From NCBI RefSeq assembly GCF_022045235.1, contig NW_027266319.1, positions 1,364,001 through 1,428,000 on the forward strand: a stretch of 64,000 nt of DNA. The letters run 5' to 3'. Shown here piece by piece: positions 1 through 11,320 of this stretch. The position numbers were made by a program, and so were the translations under genes. Every line of letters begins with the position of its first letter. Position 1 is the first letter of the stretch. This DNA comes from Haliotis cracherodii. Lineage: Eukaryota. The notes under the pieces are model-generated. The model was not told the origin of the DNA. It saw only the letters and a list, made by a program, of their open reading frames with translations, and searched no databases.

Positions 1-740
1 GGGTGGTCAAGGTGAGATGTCAGGATGGGTGAAATGCCGGGATGGTCAAGGTGAGATGTCTGGGTGGGTAAGATGTCGGGTGGTCAAGGTGAGATGTCTG
101 GGTGGATGAGATGTCAAGATGGGTTAGATGTCTGGGTGGTCAAGGTGAGATGTCTGGGTGGGTGAGATGTCAAGATGGGTTAGATGTCTGGGTGGTCAAG
201 GTGAGATGTCTGGGTGGGTGAGATGTCAAGATGGGTTAGATGTCTGGGTGGTCGAGATGTCTGGGTGGGTGAGATGTCAAGATGGGTTAGATGCCAGGGT
301 GGTCAAGGTGAGATGTCAGGATGGGTGAGATGTCGGGACGGGTGAGATGTCTGGGTGGTCAAGGTGAGATGTCGGGGTGGGTGAGATGTCGGGGTGGTCA
401 AGGTGAGATGTCTGGGTGGGTGAGATGTCGGGGTGGTCAAGGTGAGATGTCAGGATGGGTGAGATGTCGGGGTGGGTGAGATGTCGGGACGGGTGAGATG
501 TCCGTGTGGTCGAGGTGTGATGTCGGGATTGGTGTGAGTGAGATGTTGGGGTGGGCGAGGTGAGATGATGGTATGGGGAGGTGAGATGTTGGGGTGGGTG
601 AGATGTTGGGATGGGTGAGATGTCGGGACGGGTGAGATGTTCGTGTGGTCGAGGTGTGATGTCGGGATTGGTGTGAGTGAGATTTTGGGGTGGTCGAGGT
701 GAGATGATGGTATGGGGAGGTGAGATGTTGGGGTGGGATT
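1..740 (+). repeat. Intronic tandem array (ggtgagatgtc-based, 5' splice-site-like units)
   Basis: Repeating caaggtgagatgtc / gggtgagatgtc units in the IPO9 intron. Confidence 0.9.
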
Positions 741-782
741 TAAAACCTAAAGCTCTGGTGACTCTAAATGTTGATGATGCAG

Positions 783-962
783 GGAGAGGGATGGGAGGAA
801 GAGGAGGAAGATGACCTTGATGATGACATTGCTATTGGTGGCCAGAGTTTGTCGGAGCTTATAGACCAGTATGCAGGGGAATATGGAGGTCTGGATCTCG
901 ACGATGAAGAGGACGATGACCCGGATGCTCAGGCAGATCCCACCAACCAGATCAACCTGCAG
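783..962 (+). CDS. IPO9: Importin-9, penultimate coding exon (acidic loop)
   Basis: cag|GGA acceptor and CAG|gtcagt donor; GEGWEEEEEDD...GQSLSELI...DDDPDAQADPTNQINLQ matches the IPO9 C-terminal acidic region (human ...DDPDALKDPLYQIDLQ). Confidence 0.9.
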
Positions 963-984
963 GTCAGTGCCAGGTGCCTCCCAG

Positions 985-2495
985 CTGTGTGGAGATGTTG
1001 CTGTGTGTAGATGTTGCTGTGTGTAGATGTATGTAGATGTTGCTGTGTGTAGATGTTGCTGTGTGTAGATGTTGCTGTATGTAGACGTTGCTGTGTGTAG
1101 ATGTTGCTGTGTGTAGATGTTGCTGTGTGTAAACGTTGCTGTGTGTAGATGTTGCTGTATGTAAACGTTGCTGTATGTAGATGTTGTGTATGTAGATGTT
1201 GCAGTGTGTAGATATTACTGTATGTAGATGTTGCTGTGTGTAGATATTACTGTATGTAGATGTCAATGTGTATAGATGTTGCTATATGGAGATATTACTG
1301 TATGTAGATATTGCTGTGTGTAGATGTTGCTGTATGTAGACGTTGCTGTATGTAGACGTTGCTGTGTGTAGATGTTGCTGTTTGTAGATGTTGCTGTATG
1401 TAGATGTTGGTGTGTGTAGATGTTGCTGTGTGTAGATGTTACTGTATGTAGATGTTGCTGTATGTAGATGTTGCTGTATGTAGATGTTGGCGTGTGTAGA
1501 TGTTGCTGTGTGTAGACGTTGCTGTGTGTAGATGTTGCTGTGTGTAGATGTTGCTGTGTGTAGATGTTGCTGTGTGTATATGTTGCTGTATGTAGATGTT
1601 GCTGTATGTAGATGTTGCTGTATGTAGATGTTGCTGTATGTATATGTTGCTGTATGTAGATGTTGCTGTATGTAGATGTTGCTGTATGTAGATGTTGCTG
1701 TGTGTATATGTGGCTGTATGTAGATGTTGCTGTATGTAGATGTTGCTGTGTGTATATGTGGCTGTATGGAGATGTTGCTGTTTGTAGATGTTGCTGTATG
1801 TATATGTTGCTGTGTGTAGATGTTGCTGTGTGTATATGTGGCTGTATGGAGATGTTGCTGTGTGTAGATGTTGCTGTGTGTAGATGTTGCTGTATGTAGA
1901 TGTTGCTGTGTGTAGATGTTGCTGTTTGTAGATGTTGCTGTTTGTAGATGTTGCTGTATGTAGATGTTGCTGTGTGTATATGTTGCTGTTTGTAGATGTT
2001 GCGTGTGTGTAGATGTTGCTGTGTGGAGATATTACTGTATGTAGATGTTGCTGTGTGTAGATGTTGCTGTATGTAGATGTTGTGTATGTAGATGTTGCTG
2101 TGTGTAGATATTACTGTATGTAGATGTCAATGTGTGTAGATGTTGCTGTGTGGAGATATTACTGTATGTAGATGTTGCTGTATGTAGATGTTGTGTATGT
2201 AGATGTTGCTGTGTGTAGATGTTGCTGTACGGAGATGTTACTCTTTGTAGATGTTGCTGTGTGTAGATGTTGCTGTGTGTAGATGTTGCTGAATGTAGAT
2301 GTTGCTGAATGTAGATGTATGTAGATGTTGCTGTATGGAGAAGTTGCTGTGTGTAAATGTTGCTGTAAGGAGATATTACTGTATGTAGATGTTGCTGTAT
2401 GTAGATGTTGCTGTTTGTTGCTGTATGTAGATATATGTAAATGTATGTAAATGTTGCTGTATGTAGATGTATGTAGATGTTGCTGTATGTAGATG
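985..2495 (+). repeat. 16-bp minisatellite (gtagatgttgctgtgt)n
   Basis: Direct inspection; IPO9 last intron. Confidence 0.95.
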
Positions 2496-2526
2496 CCTCC
2501 TTGTAGCAGGTAACCTTCCCTTCCTG

Positions 2527-2790
2527 TTTGTTTGTTTGTTTGTTTGTTGTATAAAGCCGCACTCAGCAATATTCCAGCTATATGACGGCAGTCTGTAAAT
2601 AATTGAGTCTTAACCGACAATCCAGTGATTGATATCACGAGCACTGAGGCACACAAATGCAATACGATGACACAGATCAACTAAGTCATGGAGCCTGACC
2701 ACCCGATCCCGTTAGTCGTTTCTCACAAGCATAGTTGCCTTTTACAGCAAGCATGGGTTGCTGAAGACCTATCCTACCCCGGATCTTCCC
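2527..2790 (-). mobile_element. SINE-like family A copy (head CCCGTGAAGATCC, tail GCGGCGTTAAAC(AAAC)n)
   Basis: Same consensus at about 5014-5205, 10930-11185, 13624-13850, 25391-25643, 35130-35390, 37360-37540, 46725-46810, 47622-47850, 54558-54670, 55545-55670, 62080-62245, 62565-62820 and 63090-63325. Confidence 0.85.
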
Positions 2791-2850
2791 AGTACCTCCC
2801 TGTATGTAGCCGGTGCCCCTGTGTTTGTACCGTGATGTTGTCTGTTCCAG

Positions 2851-2967
2851 AATTACCTGACTGAGTACCTGAAGGTGTTCTCCAGCTCCCAGTGCTACTC
2901 GCTGTTCAGCTCACACCACAACGAGTCGGAGAAGCAAGTCCTGCGCTCCATCAGTATCAGCGTGTGA
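2851..2967 (+). CDS. IPO9: Importin-9, last coding exon
   Basis: ttccag| acceptor, phase 0; NYLTEYLKVFSSSQCYSLFSSHHNESEKQVLRSISISV* resembles the human IPO9 end [42 protein letters not shown] at 3893. Confidence 0.9.
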   Translation, partial: NYLTEYLKVFSSSQCYSLFSSHHNESEKQVLRSISISV

Positions 2968-3326
2968 CCTTTGTCATTATAGACAGTTCAAGGCTACAGC
3001 AATGGATGATGAAACTTGTGACTGTTGGTGTGGTTGTGCAATATGGAACCATGAAGATCGCCATTTCTCCAAGAGTGAATACTGGAGACTTACAGTAGAC
3101 ACTCTCAGCAAGTTGGTGTAGCAACCAGTGAAAGATTCAGGGATTTCTCCTGCTGTGTAATCTGATGCCGACATGGACAGTTGTATTTGTGATATCCTAC
3201 TTTGTGTTTTAGACAAAGGGGATTAAATGCTACTAATAGATAATCATGCTTCCCTTCTCAGGGCCAGTTGCCCAGATAGTCAGTGCTGCTGTTCCTGAAG
3301 AAGGAAGGACTACGACAGGTTAATGC

Positions 3327-3680
3327 TAGGGCTGGCTAAAAAGATTGAAAAAACGAAATTATCATCGATGGGAAGAAATATTAACGATAATCAATATGAA
3401 AATTTTGTCATTGATAATATCTTACATAAACTATTGTAATGAAATAAAGTTTTAGGTTACTTGTTTTTGCCCACTACTCAAGACGGCAAGCAACTGATTT
3501 TGTTATACCTTAAATGTCCACAAAGGAATCCATGCATCAATGTCACCACTCACGTGAAATACGATGTGTTGTCTCTGTGCTGTTTGCATATTTGCTGATA
3601 GTTACTTCTCCGATATTTATCGACGATAGATCGATAGTAAGTTAATGATTATCGATCTCTAAGATCTATAGCCAGTGCTA
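3327..3680. mobile_element. hAT-like MITE (TAGGGCTGGC termini)
   Basis: TIRs TAGGGCTGGC / GCCAGTGCTA; related copies at 14659-14964 and about 30708-31087, the latter with a degenerate 8-bp TSD. Confidence 0.65.
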
Positions 3681-3945
3681 TTATATGCAGGATATATGTC
3701 AGACTATGTCAGCTTTAGTCAAGTCTCTCACAGGACAAAGTACTGAGTTCTTGTAGAATGCCCCGTGTGTCAGCTTAACACCTTGTACTTTGTCCATAGT
3801 ATTAAATTGTTTCCCACTGTTTTGTTACATTTATCACTGCAAGTCTTGTAAATACATGTAACATTTTTAAACATGACAAACCTTACTTTTGTAATAAATT
3901 GTACATAAACACTGAATACCCACATGTTGTGATTCCTTAAATACT

Positions 3946-4105
3946 GTGAGTGTTTTGTTTTACGCCGCTTTTAGCATTACACCAGCAATATCACGGCGGG
4001 GGATACCAGAAATGGGCTTCACACAGTGTACCCATGTCGGGAATCGAACCCGGGTCTTCGGCGTGATGATCGAACGCTTTAACCACAAGGCTACCCGACC
4101 GCCCC
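3946..4105 (-). mobile_element. tRNA-derived SINE family B
   Basis: Reverse complement of the 24377-24538 consensus. Confidence 0.85.
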
Positions 4106-5269
4106 TCCTTAAATAGTAGCCATGAGACTAGAACTACAACATGGGTTACCATGGCAATATCCACACAATCTAGTGGGTAGACAATACTTCTCTAGTCTCC
4201 TTCAGCGCATGAACAGCTTTTGGTTGATCGACAGGGAAACATCTATACCTCGCGGTCAGCTATATTAAATTTTTTATCATTGTGTGTTTAATGCTGCACT
4301 CCTTATTCAAACTGTTCGATGGTGATCTGTAAATTTGAGTCTGGACCTGACAATCCAGTGATTGATATTATGAGCAACGATCCACGGCATCGGGTTATGT
4401 CAACACACACACCATCAATCAAGTCAACAAGTCTGACCACTCCATCCACTCTGACCGCTGACTCCTACACCCAGCACCGGCTACAACAGAGACATCCCCA
4501 CCTGTATACCCTTGAGGGCGTCTATAGATTTTTCCATCACAAGGGATCAATATTTCAAGGTTTCATTGTCCTCTGAGAGGGTATTGTAAGACCATGTCTT
4601 TCAAAGTAGGTTATTCCTACCTATTTGTTATTTTAATTGATGGCTAAAATCGTATATCATAGCCAGCGGTTGAAGGGATGGTGTAAATCCTGCTGCTAAA
4701 TCCTTTCGTAAGTCCCCAGGGTCCCTAGCACAGTGGCCTAACGTTTTGGTTGCTGGGAATCTGTAGCCCTTCTTTATACTGTGTTGTTTACTGATAGTTT
4801 ATTCTTTTACATGTTCTCAAACTTGGTTTTCCTCAAATCTGTGATAGTCTAGTTATTGTACTATCTTCGGTTTTATGCATTCTAAATATGTTTGTTGTCA
4901 ATGTTTAACTTTATGTTGTCACAGCTGAAATATTTCCGATGTGATGTTAAATCTTAACTCACTCCTCACTGTAAGATTAGCAATGGGGTACTTGGAACAG
5001 ATTCTAAATACATGGTTTGGTTTGTTGTTTAACTCTGCACTCAGAAATATTCTAACAATATGACGGCAGTCTGTAAATAATCGAGTCTGGACCAGACAAT
5101 CCAGTGATTAATATCATGAGCATCGATCTATGCAACTGGGATCGTTGAGATGCATCAACCAAGTCAGCGAGCCTGACCACCCGATCCCGTTAGTCGCCTC
5201 TTATTATTTGTAGCAGCCTGCGTCACTTCCAGAAGAGGGAGGACTTGCTCACAGTGCAGTAGTGGATGG

Positions 5270-5520
5270 TACAGTATTATTATCCCCCACCACGAAGTAG
5301 AAGGGGGATATAGGAATTTGTGCGGTCCGTCGGTCACGTTTCGTTTTCCAGAGCAGAACTTAAAAACCACGAGAGATAGCTTAACCAAATTTGGCACATA
5401 GATAGGTCCAGTGGTGAATTGGTGCCTTTTCATAGTTTGGGATTTTCCATGGCAATGACTTTGATGTAGACTGAAAATGGTGGTATTGGCGGGGGATATG
5501 AGTATTTCATGCTTGTTCTT
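5270..5520 (+). mobile_element. HINE/Helentron-like non-autonomous element
   Basis: tttattatccccc..gggggatata start, gtccgtc tract, ccaaatttggcaca, gcgggggatat end; similar fragments at 8640-8715 and 29885-30100. Confidence 0.5.
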
Positions 5521-6413
5521 TATGTATGTCATCACTGGAGTCTTAAAAAAACGGAAGGCATCAAAGACAGCCTTATCGTGTTGAGGTAGTCGACCCAGTA
5601 TGCAGGATGAGAAGCGATGTACACGAGGGGTCCCAGGTAGGCAGGAACACCTAGGGCACTGCTGGGGATGTGGCTCAGTTGTCAGTGAACAAGTAGCCTA
5701 ATTTAGAGCTTTAATGGTGCATGTGGACTATGTCTTATTTCAAATATATGATACACAACACTTGCTAAGGACCAAAATAGTCATTTTTAGACAAAGGTGT
5801 TCCTTAGCAAATGTTGAGTGGCATAATGAAAGTGTTTTTTATCTCTAGTCCTTCATGACAAAAGGTGAGGTGAAATGGGGTTTAACGTCATGTCCAAGAT
5901 TACTTCCAAGCAACGTGTGTGTGTGTGTGTCTGTCTCTGTCCCGCTCTCTCTCTCTCTGTGTGTGTGTGTGTCTGTCTGGCTGTCTGGCTGGTTGTACTA
6001 GTCTTGACTGATGCCGATATTAATGCTAGCCCATTGAGATGCCATGGTTATATGAATACCTCAGACACAGAATACTGACTCCCAGTCAATCAGCCCTTGC
6101 TTAACCCCTCATGCCAAACGCCAGCAGGGTAACATCAAATACCATCTTTTAACATCTTTTGGTATGACACGGCCAGGGATCAAACCCCGGACCTTCCGCT
6201 CTACCACAAGACCACGGAGGCATACATCTCCGTCCATCTGTAGGTCACTGACCTGGGCCATGCACAGAAATAACAAAGACGTACCAGCACTTTGACAATT
6301 TATCATCAAAGCTTTACAAAGCTACTGTACAGACCACGGTTGAGCAAATAAAATATATACATGATAATTATCTGATAACAAGCAACATTGAGTCCATGTT
6401 ACTAGAAGCTGCC

Positions 6414-6561
6414 TTAGATTTTTTTCTTGCGTCCCCTTTTTTTCCCCTTGGGTTTTCCCTCCTTGGTTTTTCCTCCCTTGGGGGCTCGGGCTCTGATCTC
6501 CTGACATCGAGGACAGTACCACTCGTCCTCCTTGGGTTCCTCGGTGATGCTCATGCACGTC
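6414..6561 (-). CDS. TAF3: TAF3 last exon (end of PHD finger plus basic tail)
   Basis: ttacag|G acceptor completes W; TCMSITEEPKEDEWYCPRC...KKKI*. Confidence 0.9.
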
Positions 6562-6797
6562 CTGTAATCACCAACAGATGCTGAGTCAGCACTATCACAA
6601 AACATCTAACAAGTCACATGATGAAACTATTTCTTTGTGGGTTGCTATCATTGTACAGTGAAAACTGGACTCTGGCAATACTTGAGATGAATTGATATGG
6701 TAAGAAGAGTGTACATGCTGCCACTCATCAATAGAAGCAGCAGCGGGAATATTTATTTCGAGCCCTGTAGTTTAATAGAAAGGAAAATGATACACTG

Positions 6798-6925
6798 GAT
6801 AAACAGGGTGCTGATTAAACAGGGTGCTGATAAACGGGGTGCTGATAAAACGGGGTGCTGATAAAGAGGGTTCTGATAAACGGGGTGCTGATTAAACAGG
6901 GTGCTGATAAAACAGGGTGCTGATA
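6798..6925. repeat. 15-16-bp tandem repeat (ataaacagggtgctg), about 8 copies
   Basis: Direct inspection; next to the TAF3 exon 8 donor. Confidence 0.9.
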
Positions 6926-6936
6926 TATGAACTCAC

Positions 6937-7037
6937 CAGTGGTACCAGTCGTCGCATGTGTCGCAGCCGATCATCGGGCTGCCATCGTCCTGCATCTTAC
7001 ACGACGGGCAGATCCACACCTTGTTGCCATCTGCATC
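6937..7037 (-). CDS. TAF3: TAF3 exon 8 (PHD finger)
   Basis: DADGNKVWICPSCKMQDDGSPMIGCDTCDDWYHW, near-identical to the TAF3 PHD motif WICPxCxxxDDGSPMIGCDxCDDWYHW; tag|GAT and TG|gtgagt junctions. Confidence 0.95.
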
Positions 7038-7055
7038 CTACAACATCACAGGTCA

Positions 7056-7420
7056 TATGATATGAATTAAGACAACCCACTTAACAAGGGGAGGGATATG
7101 AATCAAGACAACCCACTTAACAAGGGGAGGGATATGGATTAAGACAACCCACTTAACAAGGGGAGGGATATGGATTAAGACAACCCACTTAACAAGGGGA
7201 GGGATATGAATCAAGACAACCAAAATCACAAGGGGAGGGATATGGATTAAGACAACCCACTTAACAAGGGGAGGGATATGGATTAAGACAACCCACTTAA
7301 CAAGGGGAGGGATATGGATTAAGACAACCCACTTAACAAGGGGAGGGATATGAATCAAGACAACCCACATCACAAGGGGAGGGATATGGTTCAAGACAAC
7401 CCGCTTAACAAGGGCAGGGA
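7056..7420. repeat. 36-bp tandem repeat, about 10 copies, filling TAF3 intron 7
   Basis: gatatgaatcaagacaacccacttaacaaggggagg units. Confidence 0.95.
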
Positions 7421-7490
7421 TCCCACACTACAACCAAATGAATGATCCCACACAACAACTCACAAAGAATGATCCCACACAACAACTCAC

Positions 7491-8316
7491 AATGAATGAT
7501 CCCACAGTTTCCGCCACCACAGTCCTCTGAACAATGGGTCCTGTGATGGGCGTCTCGCTGACGGTCTCCGACGTCACCGACGGAACAGATTTGGTCCTGG
7601 GTTTTCCTGCTGCTCTCGTGTCCCCAGCATTCTCCTCCTTGGGCTTTCGACCGCGCTTCCCCTTGGGCGAAGGCTTTGCTTCCCCTTTTCCCTTTGGAGA
7701 TGATTTAGCTGGTTTGGGTTTAGGCTCAGGATCTTGATCCTTCTCCGACTCCGAGTCAATATCCATCTGAAGCTTGGGGGAGGAGGGAGAGTGCTGGGGA
7801 GAGGACTTCACTGAATGAACACGTGGCGGGGAGGGGCTCCGTGGGGGTGGGGGGAAATGTTGAATGGGATGGGGGGACTTCGGTGATGGGGAGCGGGATA
7901 CTGGGGTTGGAGATTTGTGAATTGGGGAACTCAAAGGTGAACGTACCTTTGGCTCAGGGGAGGGTGTGAGAAGTTTCTCAGGAGTGGGTGACCTCGAGGG
8001 AGGAGACGGTGAGGGTAATGGGGGAGGGGGTGATTTGTGGACTGGGGGAGGAGGTGGTGAGGGGGAGGGTGGGGGTGGAGGCGAAGGAGTTGGAGACTTT
8101 GGGGGTGGGGTTTTTGGTTTTGGAGGTGAAGGGGGTGGGGATGGAGATCGAGGTGGAGTTTTGATCTTTGGAGGAGGGGGAGGGGATTGGGGTTTGGGGG
8201 GTGGCTGTGGGGGCGGGGTAGGAGGTTTAGCTGGAGACATAAAGGCTGGTGATCGTGATGCTGCTCCTAGCTTGGCTTTGGCTTCTAAAGACTCCCGACG
8301 AATTGGTTTGATAACT
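7491..8316 (-). CDS. TAF3: TAF3 exon 7 (Pro/Ser-rich linker)
   Basis: ttttcag|A acceptor, ATT|gtgagt donor, phases consistent; ends VVAETVGSFI (human VVTETVSTY). Confidence 0.88.
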
Positions 8317-8937
8317 CTGAAAACATGTATGATATAGATGAATGCTCTGCTTGCTTAATAAAAACCTTCAGCAGTTTATTTACCTCAGAAAGAAAATCCA
8401 TGTAAACTCTCTTGATGTTAAAACAGCAACATCTGAGGTCGTGCGAGGACAGTCATGTTTGGTTTTGATTCATAGCCATGTTTGATTTTGATACATGTGC
8501 CAGCATTACGATACAGATTGTAGATTACTTCAAAGACATATATTGTATCCTGCATTTTTCGTGACAAGCGGCAGCCATATATCAGATTTTAATCACTTGA
8601 AAAAATTGGTGGCTTTCTGTATTTTTAAGTATATAACAAGTTCATATGAAAAGTTGAGAGACGCCAACGGACAATGACATAAGCCTGCATGGCCCTTCAG
8701 GGCAGGTGAGCTAAATATTGCAAAAAAGGAACATATGTATTGTGTCCCTTAAGCAACCAAGCAACACAAATTCCATTATTTAAACAAACCTGAATTATGA
8801 CCAAAAAAGATTTTTCAATATTGCTGCCACTGAAAATCTGATTAAAACTGGGTTAAGATCAAAGGTGAGACCAAGCCTGTGAAGTTAGTTTCAGCTTCGT
8901 TGGTCGGCTGGTTTCTCAGATGATGTTTAGATGACAA

Positions 8938-9225
8938 ATGAGTGAGTGAGTGAGTGAGTTGGGTTTAACGCCGCTTTTAACAGTATTCGAGTTATATCAC
9001 GGCGTGTCAGCTTAATGTGGGAGGAAATCCCTAAGTGATGCAGGTTTCAGACGTTTACCACTTTGATGAAACCCACGAGCACGGGTATGGCGCTGACAAA
9101 CCTAGAAACATAATCAGGGCGAACCGGGATTCGAACCCACAATCATGGGTTTCTGGCATGTCCAAGGGACGCAACTCTGCACAGTGAATCGCGATGCCTT
9201 AGACGACTGGGCCACCCGTGCCCCC
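8938..9225 (-). mobile_element. tRNA-derived SINE family C
   Basis: GTGGCCCAGTCGTCTAAGG A box, GGTTCGAATCC B box, (ACTC)n tail; copies at 34148-34408 (+), 54261-54501 (-) and partial 33110-33330. Confidence 0.85.
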
Positions 9226-9327
9226 TCAGATGACAAATGAAGCACAACAGAAAAATGGAACACGTCATAAGCTAACTTGACTTTCAGAACAAACATACTA
9301 GACAATGTATTTTTGGGTGATACTCAC

Positions 9328-9527
9328 AGTTTGGGGATATCCCGTTTGGGGGACAGTAGGGGCTCCGGCCGTGGGGTCTTAGGAGAATCCAGAACAGTCT
9401 CAGTCTTTGGTGAGGCTGTCTTGGTTTCCGTGACGACAGTGCTGGTTGCAGCAGACAGGCCACCAAACTTGATGTTCAGCTTGATGGGAGCCACTGGACC
9501 ACCAGTGGGTGCACTGCTCGGCACATC
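9328..9527 (-). CDS. TAF3: TAF3 exon 6
   Basis: gtgtag|GAT to CT|gtgagt; 200 nt, phase 0 to 2; contains PIKLNIKFG. Confidence 0.85.
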
Positions 9528-9768
9528 CTACACAAGAAACAATCTGCATCAATCGGCCAAATGTAGAATGAAACATTCAATCACTCTGTCTACACATCCA
9601 CCGTAAGTAAATCTCTTCTAACTTCAATAAACTCTCTTTTATATCTCAACAAGTACACCAAACTTCAATAAACTCTTTCTGATATCTCAACAAGTACACG
9701 ACTTCCACAAACTCTCGTTGGTATCTCAACAAGTAAACAACTTCAGCTTCTACCGGTGTCCATCCTAC

Positions 9769-9900
9769 CTTGTCCTCCTTGTGGCGGTCCTCCTTCCACC
9801 GAGTTTTGTCCCGAGACTTCTCCTTGTCCTTATCTTTGTTCTTCTTCTTCTTCTCTTTGTCTTTTTTCTTCTCCTTCTTCTCCTTTTTGTGATCCTTGTC
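9769..9900 (-). CDS. TAF3: TAF3 exon 5 (Lys/Glu/Asp-rich)
   Basis: cttcag|GAC to AAG|gtagga; 132 nt; DKDHKKEKKEKKKDKEKKKK... typical of the TAF3 KE-rich region. Confidence 0.85.
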
Positions 9901-10930
9901 CTGAAGATATACAAGATGGCATATTTCACATACGTAATATTTATCCTGCAGACATACAAGATGGCTTATTTCACATACATAATATTCATCCTGCAGACAT
10001 ACAAGATGGCATATTTTACATACGTAATATTCATCCTGCAGACATACAAGATGGCATATTTCACATACGTAATCTTCATCTTGCAGACATATAAGAGGGG
10101 TTATTTCACATACGCATCATTTATCCTGCAGACATACAAGATGGCTTATTTCACATACGTAATATTCATCCCCCAGACATATAAGATGACATATTTTACA
10201 TACGTAATATTCATCCCGCAAACATACAAGATGGCTTATTTCACATACGTAATATTCATCCCGCAGACATACAAGACGGCATATTTCACATACGTAATAT
10301 TCATCCCACAGACATACAAGATGGCTTATTTCAAAATGCTCAATATTCATCCTGCAGACATATAAGATGGCTTATTTCAAAATGGTTAATATTCATCCCG
10401 CAGACATACAAGATGGCTTGTTTCATATACGTAATATTCATCCCGCAGACATACAAGATGGCTTATTTCACATGCATAATATTCATCCCCCAGACATACA
10501 AGATGGCTTATTTCACAAACATCATTTATCCTGCAGACATACAAGATGGCTAATTTCACATACGTAATATTCATCCTGCAGACATATAACATTGTATAAG
10601 ATGGCTTATTTCAAAATGGTTAAATTTTCATCCTGCAGACATATAAGATGGCTTATTTCAAAATGGTTCATATTCATCCCGCAGACATACAAGATGGCAT
10701 ATTTCACATACGTAATATTCATTTTGCAGACATATAAGAGGGGTTATTTCACATACGTAATATTCATCCCGCAGACATTCAAGATGGCTTATTTCACATA
10801 CGTAGTATTCATCCTGCAGACATACAAGATCATGAAGATGGCTTATTTTACATACGTAATATTCATCATGCAGACACACAAGAAGGCTTATTTCACATAT
10901 GTAATATTCATCCTGCAGACATACAAGATG
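9901..10930 (-). repeat. 45-bp tandem array of the TAF3 exon 5 splice acceptor
   Basis: Minus-strand unit aatattacgtatgtgaaataagccatcttgtatgtctgcag|gatg, about 23 copies; a further unit at about 11190-11240 beyond a SINE insertion. Confidence 0.95.
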
Positions 10931-11320
10931 TTTGTTGTTCAACACTACAAACAGCAATATTCCAGCTACATGGCAGCAGTCGGTATATAATTGAGTCTGG
11001 AACAGACAATCCAGTAATTGCCATCTTGAGCATCGATCTACCCAATTGGGATACAATGACATGCATCAACCAAGCCAGCGAGCCTGATTGCCACATCTCT
11101 TTAGTCGCCTCTTATTACAAACATAGTCACGTCCTATGGCAAGCATGGGTTGGTGAATACCTATTGTAACCTGGATCTTCATTGGTAAGATACAACATGG
11201 CTTATTTCAAAATGGTTAATATACATCCTGCATATACAAGGTGGATAATTTTACATACTTAGTACTTCCGCTACAAGCAGCCAACAGGCTGACCAGAGGG
11301 AGTGTTGTTACCATGGTTAC

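Noticed and set aside
964-2680. His/Thr/Gln- or Cys-rich ORFs
   Set aside because: Translations of the 16-bp intronic minisatellite.
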